The position numbers and the translations under genes were made by a program. From the NCBI GenBank assembly GCA_965644295.1, contig CBFFRP010000034.1, positions 1 to 64,000 on the forward strand: a stretch of DNA of 64,000 bases. The letters run 5' to 3'. The notes below the pieces were generated by a model, which searched no databases, was not told the DNA's origin, and saw only the letters and a list, made by a program, of their open reading frames with translations. The stretch comes from Paraphysomonas bandaiensis (lineage: Eukaryota; Protista; Chrysophyceae). Position 1 is the first letter of the stretch. Each line of letters starts with the position of its first letter. This document shows, in pieces, positions 1 through 11,755 of this stretch.

Positions 1-1431
1 AAACCGTAAGTGTCTTACAACCCATTTTGACAACTGAATCTGAAAGTAATCAACCACCATCATCCATGTATTTGTGCACCAAACTCTACTTTGACATATC
101 TTATTTTGTACAATAATTGTAATTCATCCTCTCGATTTTAGAACGAAACAATATTTGATTAATGAAAATATCACCGGACCAATCAATAACCACCCCAATC
201 AAAACATCATTCATCTCATTCTGAATATATACGAACATAGTGCACTGGTCTTATATTTCAGTAACCATACGTAACGATTTCCCTCAGATACAACATTATA
301 ATATTGTAAACAATAGAATGATCCACTCAACGCAATCTCATTGAAAAGAATCCAACAATAGAAATATCAACTGGAATAACAACAAGCTCGCAAAGTAATA
401 ACTCCCATTTTTAGTCTCGAAGTTAACCATCACTAGCATATATAATTCTTTCGCATGCAATAGTATTATCAACACCATACCTCCAAATATCATTGACACT
501 TAACCATCGATCTCATACCCGATGCATAATACAGTCGAACAATTGAAAAATACCAGCGACAAAGTTTTCAAAATTTCATTGACATGTTGTATCACTGAAC
601 CATATTCACTTCAACGTAACAGAAACTTCAATTTCGAACAACTTTCATTCAACAACTAACCATGAATTTAGACAAGTTAATTCGTTGCATTTATGGATAC
701 CATATATTCAAATTCAATCCCATTGCAGATCCAAAAAAAAAAAACTGAGTAACCATTTTATAACCATCAACAAGACAATGAATATCTCAAACTCCTTCCT
801 GTGTCCATTCATTCTCTTTAATACAAAATGCAAAGCACACTGAAAACATATTGCTCCAAATATACTTTCCTCATACTGAAATTACAACATCAAAATTTAC
901 ATTCTGTTCACATAGAGGCAATCGCGTTCATTAAAAAACTGTTTACTTCCTCTGAAATTATACTTTCGTATATGAATCATATAGTATTGCAAAACTTATC
1001 CAAACCATACATGACCCTTGCAAAACTATAACAATAATTGCTTGCCATTGATGTTGAAACCATACCATTGATATTGAACAACTCTTTGCAGACTTTTTAC
1101 CAATCTCAGACAATACTGTCATTCATTGAAACTTGATAAATTCACTGAAACCCATTCTTATACATTGAACTTAAAACCGAATTATTCTCTCGTAGTAGTC
1201 AGTATCACACAGGACTATTGAGCATAATCTTAACTAGACATTATTGAATATGGATCACACTTCTCAAAAACTCAGAACTCTCATATTGTAACTCCTATCA
1301 CAACGGTAAGGCTCACAACAACCTCAATCCATTCCGAAATAAAATGAATAAAACCATGATAAATATTGCATCATCATAAATAATAAGATGAACTTTGAAA
1401 CAAAAGACACTTGCTGTATTTGGAATTGAAC

Positions 1432-2070
1432 TTACTGAATCAATGGCGGCCCTGGCCCATGCTCCGCAATAAACACAAGATTTGAAAGCAATAAACTCAA
1501 ACTCTTGTTCAACGTAAGAAACTGAAAAACGTAACAAGCTGCATCTTGCTTTATCAGCATAAACAAGGAATATTCAAACACCGAATAATTGAACACTGAA
1601 AAAGGTACGACTGACATGCGCTCGATTACATCTGTAGCATCATTGGCAGTAGTCTCTTTTCCAAAGGAATTTGGAATTACCATTTCAGGATCAATGGCAA
1701 CATGCTGCATAACAACTTGAGAATTATCAACAAAAATCTCAGCCTCGAATGACTCTGACTGAACGTCCTGCTGCTCAACAAATTCCAACATATCATTGAC
1801 AACATTCTGCACAATACAGTTCTCATCGGTTCTGTTCTGAAGTAGATCTGAATTAGCTGGAATCGCTCGTCTTGAGGAACGTCGAGACTCCAACTGCTGC
1901 AATCTTTGTTCGAACATTTCGAAATGAAGATCGATGGACTCAAAACGCTTGTTCAGCTGCTCTTGTTGTTCAGCAAACCGCTGCTTTTGTTGAGCAAACT
2001 GTTCATTTTGTTCAGCAAACCGCTGCTGAAGGAACTCCATAATCTTTGAAACCTCTTCTTCCGAACTCAT
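1432..2070 (-). CDS. ORF1 of LTR element copy A (~212 aa; coiled-coil N-terminus, hydrophobic C-terminus)
   Basis: First ATG shortly after the LTR; heptad-like FAEQ repeats; open in both copies with 3 aa differences. Confidence 0.6.
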   Translation of the reverse strand: MSSEEEVSKIMEFLQQRFAEQNEQFAQQKQRFAEQQEQLNKRFESIDLHFEMFEQRLQQLESRRSSRRAIPANSDLLQNRTDENCIVQNVVNDMLEFVEQQDVQSESFEAEIFVDNSQVVMQHVAIDPEMVIPNSFGKETTANDATDVIERMSVVPFSVFNYSVFEYSLFMLIKQDAACYVFQFLTLNKSLSLLLSNLVFIAEHGPGPPLIQ

Positions 2071-2127
2071 AGTCGACAATAATATAAATAAACAATGTTT
2101 CTTTCTATCCGACTAAAGTATTAATAC

Positions 2128-2515
2128 TGTAATCTTTCTGATGAGAAAGACCGTGTTTACAACGTTTTATATGAATTTAAAGTGCTTCCCAAACCGAGAA
2201 TACACTGTCCAGAACACCAAACCGGTGAAACTGCCTCCTAACACAAGCAAACCGCGAGTATAGAATGAATTAAATTACGTTAAAACGTGTAAAGAAAAAA
2301 GTGAAATCATACAACACTCTATCTTGCTGTGAATCATCTACAGTTTACAGTATCATACTTGTACATATACGGGACTTATATCCCTTCAAGAATACAGTAA
2401 CCGCAATGTATACTAAATAAACTGAAAATGAAAGTACAACAGCATGCTACCTAGAGTACCGCAGTATAACACCGTATAACTCCACGTATAACAGTAACTA
2501 CAGGTATGCGTGACA
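2128..2515 (-). repeat. 5' LTR of copy A (388 bp, TGT...ACA)
   Basis: Matches the LTRs at 31032-31420 and 36220-36608 apart from a pyrimidine tract. Confidence 0.95.
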
Positions 2516-4940
2516 CAGGAAGATATACATGGTATCCTACCTTCTCATCAGAGTAACCCATTAAATATCCAACTAGAGCCTTATCCTCCCAATCCTTTCG
2601 TCGATCCGCCTTCGGTGAAAGAACATAAGTTCGACACCCCCATACCCTAAGATATCTCAAATTTGGAGGCTCACCCGTTAGAAACTCTATAGGAGACATA
2701 TACCCTTTATCTGTTTTCGTTGGCAATCGAATCAAAATATATCTGGCTGCCATGTATGCATCCAGCCAAAATTGCGGTGGCAGTCCAGATTGGATTAGCA
2801 TTGCAAGAGTCATCTCTCCAGCAGTTCTGAACTTCCTCTCCTCTATGGCATTCATTTCTGGAGAGTCTGTTGAGCTCCACGTATGTTGATAGCACCCCTG
2901 TGTCCTAAGATACTGACGCAGCTCTTCACTGATTAACTCTCTTGCACCATCTGCATGATAGTGCTCCATCTTGAGCTTGTACCTTCTAACATCTCCTCTA
3001 AATAGCTCTTTGAAGACTTCTAAGACCGCTTCCCCAGTTCTGTGGACTAAACCCGTCGCCCAGAACATTTTGCTGGCATGATGCGTTATCTTTAACACAT
3101 ACCTCTCACCTCCTCTAGCAGGACAATTTAAGTACACAGCAATATCTGCTGAAAAATTCGGTCTAACGGAATTCTCGTCCTTCGTTCGGAAGCTGACTCG
3201 GGTTATTTTAGACCTGGCACACACATCACACAAACACTGATTTTTGTGTACCTTGGCTGTGAGGTGTTTCCGTTTCAACCCTGTACCCATGATGAGCATC
3301 CTCTTATGTGCCTCTACTAAAGCATGTTTGTTGAAGTGACCCGCTCTCCGATGCAGCAACTCCAGCTCGTCCTCACCAGTCCTATCGCTAAGATTTACTT
3401 CACAATTACTCGGTGTAGACACATCTGGAAGCTCCAACAGCTGCTGAGTTGGAACTGCAGTCATTCCATTCTTCATGGGTCCCTCCAGTACCAGCTCACC
3501 GGTATTACAGTCATAAATTTGGATCCCATACCACACCGTGAATCGATAGCCCATTTCGTTCAGCTTACGTCCGGAGCACAGGCATCGATTGATCTGATCT
3601 GAAATTTCAATGTCTCTCCATGCTCCACGGGAACCCACACTTGTAATATGAATCTCTGATCCCTTCTTAGAGCCGTTTATCACCTTTGATGTATTCATAT
3701 GAGTGTCAAGCATGGTCACATCATTCATCAAGAACATTGATGATGAACAGCAGGTGTCAATATATGTATAATGCATGTCATCATTTACACTACATATATT
3801 CGTTTCATGTATATTGCATGACAATTTCATAACATCCTCGATCATATTTGCTTCATCTTCATCAGAGAAATCTGCTGGTTCTCCACGCCGTATATTCTCT
3901 ACTGTCAGCAGCCTTTTGTCCGGCTTCCTACCATGATTCTTCCCTTTCTCTCCTCTTCTAGAATGCTTTTTCTTCGTCGTTGGACAATCAGCAGCAAGAT
4001 GTTCCAGAGACTTGCAATTTCTGCATCCCGTGTATTCAGCACTTCCAGGACGCTGCCCTGATATCTCTCCATCCTTCTTCCTCTGCTTCCTCCTGCACTG
4101 TTCAGTTGAATGGCTATGAGGAATTCCTTCTTTCCTGCAATATCTACAGTTGCCCTTCTTACGCTTATCCCGTTCCGTTCGAGACCGTTTGCTCTTTTCA
4201 ATGAAATTCAGCTCCTCCACCTTCTTGCGTTTCCGCTCTAACGCAATCCTTCCAGGAATGGTATCATCATACCGTTCTATCTTCCTTGATAATGTTGCAT
4301 AATCAACATCATCAGGCATCAAATACAAAGCAACATTCAGAGGAGCATATTCTTCATTCAACAGACCTTCTCGTAACCGTGTTATTTTTGAGAGCTCCGA
4401 TATGTCCTGCTGCTGCTCCTGTAGCTCTTTCAGCAGTATTTCAAACCGTATTATATAGTCCTTCGCAGTCTCCTCCGGACGCATACGGAAAGAGCCATAC
4501 TGAGTCAACAGCTCGCTGATCTTGTTTTGCTTCCCTCCAGCAAAGCACTTCTTCAACTCATCAATCATAATATGCGCCTTAAACCTGTTGCTTCCTCTTC
4601 CATCAGCCTTGAACCCTTTATGTAAAAGATGGAATTTCTGAAGCGCCTTCGAAGATGATTGCACTGCCTCTCTACAGTACGAATACGCTATGGCATTCGC
4701 CTTCCAGTACTTCTTCACAGCCTGTCTGTAAGACTTCTCCTCCATTAACGTGAGTGGCTGTTCCCCGAAGTCGCTCTCCTTCGGTGGTGGCTCCACCGCT
4801 ACTTCACTTTGCTCTTTCCTCATGAGGAACGTTTCGAAGTCTTCAATCCATTGTTCAACATTGCTCTCATTAAACTGTGGCACTACTCCTCTATCCTCCT
4901 TCTCTCCTCCTCGCTCGCTACCATGTTGAGAAACGCTCAT
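2516..4940 (-). mobile_element. Ty1/Copia gag-pol ORF (Gag, zinc knuckles, protease, integrase, SH3), interrupted at 2515 by the Gypsy-derived element before RT
   Basis: CRNCKSLEHLAADC knuckle; YIDTCCS protease-like site; LLHRRAGH...CDVCARSK pre-integrase zinc motif; SADIA/HADGARE/NAIEERKFRT DDE core; NLRYLRVWGCRTYV...GYLMGYS...GYHVY SH3. Domain order PR-IN is Copia-type. The last 21 aa of the 2451..4940 ORF come from the inserted LTR. Confidence 0.93.
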
Positions 4941-5377
4941 TTTACACTAGATCACAGAGAGAATTTGTCGTAAGACTAGATAGATTTATTAGTATCGTTT
5001 ACACGAAGTTGTGATAACCAACACTAACTCATTATAATCCCTGCATAATATCCTACATATGCGAACCTCTCGTTACTGAACATATCTTGAAAGGTCAACC
5101 TATTTCAGTTTCTCAATATCATCACAGCATTTGTACATCACTATATTTCACTGTATTCTCGTACATTGTCTTCAAGTGACATACTGAATATACTAGAATA
5201 AGATCCATATTCTAATAATCCTACCAAATACCCTTCCCGTATATGATACATGGAGAATGTCGTGTGAATTTGATAGTGAATAAACCCGATCGATTTCTAT
5301 AGTATTATCATATATACTCAATTTAGGAAGCTACTACATAGTACCTATGATCAGTACGCTACATATAATTAAGCCAC

Positions 5378-5466
5378 CCAATGAATTGCAATTGATTGGC
5401 AACATTTACCAACAATAAAAACTGAAATTATCGCCTTTAAAACCAATTAATTGTTACGCAAGCCTG
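5378..5466 (+). mobile_element. Isolated terminus of hAT-like DNA transposon family
   Basis: AATTGTTACGCAAGCCTG (5449-5466) matches the 61850-61867 terminus AATTGTTACGCAGCCCTG at 16/18; an AATTGCAATTG subterminal motif lies at ~5384. Confidence 0.6.
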
Positions 5467-5595
5467 AGTGATTGAAGATTCGGGTGACAATATGTGACTC
5501 AATCGTATAATTTATATATTATGTCTTAAATATCACAAACGCTGATGGGTACTTGCAACAGCACAGTGATCAATCACATTCTACACATGCAACTA

Positions 5596-8500
5596 CTACT
5601 TCTTCTTCTTACTTTTGGAATCCTCAGTTTGATGTTTCATGCGGTGAAATAACTTGCTTTCTTGCCGTCTAACATATGACTGGCGCGCAATCTCATCCTT
5701 CACCCTGATATTTATGTCATTATAAGAAAATAAGCTAGTACCATTACAGGTCATCATACGTACCACTCAGGCATGGACGGTACAACCATCGAAACCGCTG
5801 CAGCGAAAATGAACAAAAGATGCTCTATACAGAAGACGCTACCCCATACAAATCGACCCATCCCCGCAGCCATGATGTGTTGACGGTCCCCGTCAGAAAA
5901 AGCCTCAGGTGCTACTACGAATAATTGTGGTAACAACTGCATCATCTGTATACATTATTAAGACGACGACACGAAACAAATGTTTCAATATCAAAGATAA
6001 ATGTCACAAAACATTCTGTAAAGCAATATGCCATGTCAAAAGGCTATTATATGCAATACGAAATATACCTGCTCAGTGGTAAACGCGAATATAAACGTGT
6101 TAGTAACGACTGCAAGCCAGGATAACGCAACCAGAACCGAAGCCCAAGTTCCAATGTCAGAGACCTGGCACGTATACGTTTAGTTAATCACAAGTATAAG
6201 TCTCACGCTAAATCACTCGCTTATACGAATATGATATGTTGGTGATAATTCAGCAATATTTGCAATCAAAATTTTAAATGCATCACCTGCGCCGGAAGAG
6301 GGCGGCGACACACCCAAAACAACTTGAATATATCTGCCACGTAAACATTTTAACAATATTTATATTATGTGTGTCGTATCATAGAGTACCCGAGCGGATT
6401 TCAATTATCAGACACACGATCGTCAAGGCAGATGCCAGTGGGAACGCCGTGGCAAATAGAATAATATATCTGCGTACAGGACACGAAGGCATAAAAAGTG
6501 GCATCATGTGCTTGTGCAACACCTCACCCAAACGCAATAACCTATCAAGTGCTATTAGGTTGACTATACTAAAATGTACATGAAATCAATACCATTTCTA
6601 GATAGTCATCAAATGCCTCATATTCATCAAGAATATACTCTTTGGAAAGAGATACGTCCGACTTGCTCATAATCTTCGATTTAGTATCAGATGGCGATAT
6701 CTTCCTATCAAAACAGTAAACCCATATCAACCATACAACGTGTTATAAAAATACACAACGTGTTCTTAAAACAAAGAAGCACAAGTTACCTGTCTTCCTG
6801 AGAAGCGAAACTGCGACTCTCATATTTGTTGACAAGCCAAGGCAGCACACTTTCCGTCAACAATCGTCTTACAGAGTCAGTTGTGTATCTATACCAGCGT
6901 CATTGTAAACTTCATGTAATTTTCACTACCATAAACCAAACTTACAATCCAAATAGGTCAGTTCGAAGAGCATTGATGTCGCATTTGAAGAATGCTAAGT
7001 AAAACAGTGCAATGTAACAATCGAAGCACTCAAAAAATATTCTCTTAATTATGAGAGAGTTATTGTGATCGTTGTCCGTGCGATGATTCTCTAAAGCTGT
7101 CAGCCATTCGGCAATACTGCGGTAAAGCGTGTTGAGCCCCATAATTACTACTGCGTGCAGAATGACGGGAACCAGTGGTAGAAAGGTTGGAAAGGGGCCA
7201 CCTGCATTTCATAATAGCGTACTCACAACAACTTGTGTGATCAGACATCGTGGGGAATGAATCGCACCTCCTTGGTTGTCAAACCACTGCCCAGGAGCGC
7301 TAAACTGACTCACTGCGGAAAAATGAAGATAGCGTCCGCCCATTGCTTGTGGATGTATATATCCCTGTCGTATAGAAGTCACATATATAACAGAGCATGA
7401 ACAGAGTGGCAGTGATGTGTAACGTACTTGAAGGTTTAAAGAAATAATCATGACCGCAAAAGCTACCCACAGCATCCCCGCAGTCACAACAGCAGAAAGT
7501 ACGTAAAACGGGATCCGCTTATACCAAGGATAATGCTTTATTAACAGCCCAGTCACCTGTACAACATATGCAGCATAGTCAAAAACACAACACCAACTAA
7601 AAATTTCTGTGTCTCGCTCATGAAATATTGCATAAATCCCCATAAGTGTTCTAAAAGCCACGACTCGTAACCCACAGTGTATTCTATGTGAATTCTAAAC
7701 GTGTTTACCTTACTGGTCGTTATTTCTCCCTTGAACTCATATCGCGGTGCATTTCTACCATTTTTTCCAATAGTGCCCCACCGGCAGGAATAGGAGGCAC
7801 ATGTTTGCTTTAGATATTGCACAAAAAGTACAGCCCATGCAATCATAAACATACTAAAGAGTGGAATGATCAGGTTGTTGTCAACTGCAATACAAGATAA
7901 GACCAATACAGTAAGACTATGTATCACGTAATGAGTCCGTCCATTCATCATTAGATCCACATCCAATATCATCAACTTACCGTCTAGCTCAGAGTCAACA
8001 TAATTCCACACAGCAATGACTAGCCCAAAGATCCCAGGTGGTACCAACCACATCGTAAAGTGGTCCATGAAAGCAAAGTACATTGCAACCTCACTGCCAA
8101 AATAGGAATAGATATCCTCAATAACTGTCACATATAGAGCTTAGATATAATTATAGTCGAAATACATACAACTATTCACGTGAGTACAATGCAGTATACT
8201 TATATAATATTTTACATGAATATTTATATATACATCTACCTCTTCCGTCACATGGCCAAGAATATATAGCACGCTTAAAAATTTTATCTCGTAGTTCAGA
8301 GTCATGGGGAGGAAATAAGCATTCAATGATCTCCACCGATTTCGCAGCTTCAATAAGCTCTGACCCCACAGATACCTGCTTATCGCCATCATATTTATCA
8401 AACTCTTCATCCGTTGTTATCTGTATATAAATACACCGTGAATACGTTGTATTCGTATAACATCACTAAGTCTGTTAGCACCTGTTCCATTATACTTAAC

Positions 8501-8784
8501 AGCAGTGTGGCTTTCTCACTATTATGGAAGAAATCTTTTGATCCATAGCCTTTAAAATCATGTGCATTCACAATCTCAAAGTTCTGTAATAAACCTTTGT
8601 TATTAATCTTAATTAAATCCAGTCGTTCAGCCTCTTGTTCGAGTGTTTCGCTTGGGGCGGATATAAGGGACATATGAGGGTGTTGGGGGTCCACTTGTAC
8701 CTCCAAACCATGTTCTTTAAAGGCTTTTAATACATATGCTTGCCCATCTGGTTTTGATTTGGAAAAGATTACAGCGATAGACAT
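5596..8784 (-). CDS. Anoctamin/TMEM16 family Ca2+-activated channel or scramblase (multi-exon)
   Basis: Exon motifs IYSYFGSEVAMYFAF, EWLTALENHRT...SLIIKRIFF, DEYEAFDDYLEM, LFATAFPLA...IEIRS, IEHLLF. Last exon ends ...SKSKKKK* at 5596. Confidence 0.9.
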
Positions 8785-8864
8785 AATGCCAGTGATGTAG
8801 ATGGAAATGTGAGAATGATTTGCAGTGCCTTGAGATTATGATACATGTACCGCTGCAGTGCGTG

Positions 8865-9070
8865 TGTATGTATGTATGTATGTATGTATGTATGTATGTA
8901 TGTATGTATGTATGTATGTATGTATGTATGTATGTATGTATGTATGTATGTATGTATGTATGTATGTATGTATGTATGTATGTATGTATTTATGTACGTA
9001 TGTAGGTAGGTAGGTACAGGTGGGTATGCACAGCAGTATGTATGTAGATGGGTAGGTACGTAGGTAGGTA
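8865..9070. repeat. (TATG)n microsatellite (~30 units, to ~8988) grading into degenerate (TAGG)n
   Basis: Seen directly. Confidence 0.98.
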
Positions 9071-9223
9071 GTAACTCTGTACTTGTGTAGTACAACGTGG
9101 TGGTGCACGTGGTGGTTGTTGCTGCCTTGGCAAATTTCGTAGCACATATATTTTCATCAGGACAAACTTCTACAACAATGAACAAGTATAAGATAATGCA
9201 CCATCCTTAGGATATTCTTTACC

Positions 9224-10336
9224 ATGAGGTCACTGGAAACATCACTGCGGCGCACAAGGACTTTGGATGCAGAAAGATTATCTGAATCGTTTCCAAAAAG
9301 TGATATTACACCATATTTGGACATGTTCAATGCATATCCTCCTCGAAAAGATGATGGGATTATAAAGAAATTATTGTGTTGGCTTATATTTATGTTATTT
9401 ATATCGTTTGCAATATTTGCAGCGTTTTTTACCTTGTATGGTATCGTAGTTGACCATGAACCGTTTTGGGTTACTCTGAATTTGACACTATGGGTTAAAT
9501 GCATTGTTATAAAGTACTTACTGGTACAAATCGACAAAAAAAAGGAAGAGTACTCGAATCGATTTATTTCAATGTGTGAGGAGTCATACCCATCTGCTGT
9601 ACTGTATTTTCGAATGACAACTATAATATATGCCATTGTCATGATCGGGTGGGCCGCTATTCGTTTCGGCTTTTTTCCGGATGTGTATTGGGTTCTATTC
9701 TCAATCGCCATAATAGGAGGAACATTTGCCTACACCTGTTATCTCTCCACAGTAATGTTGTTTTGCATAGCCGATGTATATCTTGTACAGAGCAAGATAA
9801 AAGACCTGACTACACTTCTCAACGACCAATCGCTGACTAAAACTGTATATAAGGCTACCTACGAGTTTGTGAAAGCAAAAGAAAAGGGTGTATTCCGTAT
9901 AAATGAATTGTTAGTTGCATCAGTACTGCTTAACACTGTTGTTCTTGCGATTACTATATTTCGATACGAAGCAATAACCAGTGACGAATCGTTTTTCTAT
10001 GCTGTTTGGTTGGTGCTATACACCATCACTCTCGTGTGGGTCGGTGATCTCTGCTACCTTCTTTTAGCACTTCCAATAATGGGCAGCACGAATGATCTAG
10101 TCAATGATCTTTACACTGCAACTGCTCTTGCTGAGTGGGAACAGGAGAATGAAATAACTAGACTCGATGTTTTGCACATCATGATAGCCAAGCCGATATC
10201 CGTGAAGGTTTTTGGCGTGAATCTCACCACAAATGATGTTTACAAGAGATTGGGTGGGTTCATTGTTGGAGTGCTTTCAATTGCCGCAAAATTTGGAGCC
10301 CTCATTGCAGAAGAATACAGTGATCGGCATTCATAG
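9224..10336 (+). CDS. Intronless 370-aa seven-transmembrane protein, gustatory-receptor-like (7TMIC/DUF3537-like) topology
   Basis: Seven hydrophobic segments, long polar helices after TM4 and TM6, C-terminal KPISVKVFGVNLT followed by a last TM. The ORF is well supported; family assignment is pattern-based only. Confidence 0.7.
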   Translation: MRSLETSLRRTRTLDAERLSESFPKSDITPYLDMFNAYPPRKDDGIIKKLLCWLIFMLFISFAIFAAFFTLYGIVVDHEPFWVTLNLTLWVKCIVIKYLLVQIDKKKEEYSNRFISMCEESYPSAVLYFRMTTIIYAIVMIGWAAIRFGFFPDVYWVLFSIAIIGGTFAYTCYLSTVMLFCIADVYLVQSKIKDLTTLLNDQSLTKTVYKATYEFVKAKEKGVFRINELLVASVLLNTVVLAITIFRYEAITSDESFFYAVWLVLYTITLVWVGDLCYLLLALPIMGSTNDLVNDLYTATALAEWEQENEITRLDVLHIMIAKPISVKVFGVNLTTNDVYKRLGGFIVGVLSIAAKFGALIAEEYSDRHS

Positions 10337-11755
10337 TATCTGTTTACCCTGAATCGATATCTGATATTGATTTAGCGAGATATACCTTCTATACTATCTC
10401 GCTGCTAGACCGTCACATAGATTTTACTCAGTTGCGATAATTATATGGTCGTTATACGTACTATTTTTTGTAGTTATAGATTGCGGTGCAGTTCATATTA
10501 AAATGCATAGTAATTTATAATTTATATAGTAGTCTTTCCACATTATAGATCACCGACTGGTGGTCTCCTGTAATTTTACAGGCGCTTCAAGTACACACTA
10601 TACTAGTTTGAAATGTGATTGGATTAAATGGGTACCCCATTCCGAGTGCAGTGCATGGTTGTGGTGATGAAAATAGGAATTGCACATGATCTCTAGAATC
10701 CCGCGGTATCATAGTGTTTTCTAAGCGTAAACCACATGATTAGAATAAACCCTTCGTATTCTGAGAACCGGGACTTATAGTCCCATCGACAATCTCGTGC
10801 CATGTCCCTATAACCCCTATATGGCACTCTGAAGTCCATTTGCCATTAAAGGAAGTCCAGTGTGCTTTTTGTCAACGAAAAGGGGGGCTAAAGACCGTGT
10901 TCTGCATCCGCATGGTTTCTTGTTTTCTACAACTAGTCACCACACATGATTCTTTGTCAAGGGTATTCTTCGTGAACAGTCCACATGGAGGATGGTACTA
11001 CTCTCGGAATGGAAGTGATAGAGATTTATTACTACTATCTCACAACTCCAATCTTTAAAACTGAGTAAAATTTAACTGTATCTTTCAAACGATGCCAAGT
11101 TTACTAAATCAGTGAAAAGAGAGGATACAGTACCAGAGATGATACAGTGTAAAACCAATAGGAATTTCACACAATAAATAAATGAATAAGTCATACTGTG
11201 GTTGCATGTGATAAGATCTATTAGAAACAACGGTCATATGGTGAGCATGTTCATGTCACATCATTGCAGGTTGACCCTGAAGTTTACCAGCATACTCTGT
11301 ATTTTTACCCCACTTCTTGACCTACATGAACATACTTTGATGTGTTGATTCTCCTTAACTTTATCCTCACTGCTGTTGGTCATATGAGTGCACACAAGAA
11401 GCAAGAGTTCATTCAACAGGTATATTATTGGGAGAAACAGAACGGCATAGACGAAATTTCTGAATATTTTCATGTGTCCATTCAAGATTCTCCGAACACA
11501 AAAACTGGATCTTTCTTTCATACAGACCTCATACAAATATCCCTACATACATACACTACTCTATATACATACATTATAATCGTACGTATATATATGTAAG
11601 AAACATGCATCCCATGTGCATGGTGATACAGTACTGTACATTGTACATATATATGTATATCTAAGACATTAACTTGCATTGATCTACTTAACTATAGGAA
11701 TATACATACCATATTACTGATACGAATGTATTAGTTCCCTATAGGATATAATCAA

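Larger units (their letters stand above)
1..2515 (-). mobile_element. 5' part of non-autonomous Ty3/Gypsy (chromovirus-derived) LTR element, copy A; runs off the left edge; nested in Copia pol
   Basis: Reverse complement matches 31032..33545 almost exactly, with a few SNPs and indels (e.g. A12 at 733-744 vs T6; 4-bp indel at ~33365). It begins TGTCA at 2515 on the minus strand. Confidence 0.95.

Noticed and set aside
1-2515. Copy A as an assembly echo of copy B
   Set aside because: Different insertion site and several private SNPs and indels.
4941-5370. Copia 5' LTR and PBS (TGGTTATCAC on the minus strand at 5011-5020, also tRNA-Val D-arm-like)
   Set aside because: No adjacent CA end, no clear tRNA complement, no cloverleaf, and the partner LTR is outside the window.
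8865-8990. Possible CRISPR or telomeric array
   Set aside because: Pure 4-bp repeat with no spacers; not a telomere-type unit and internal between genes.
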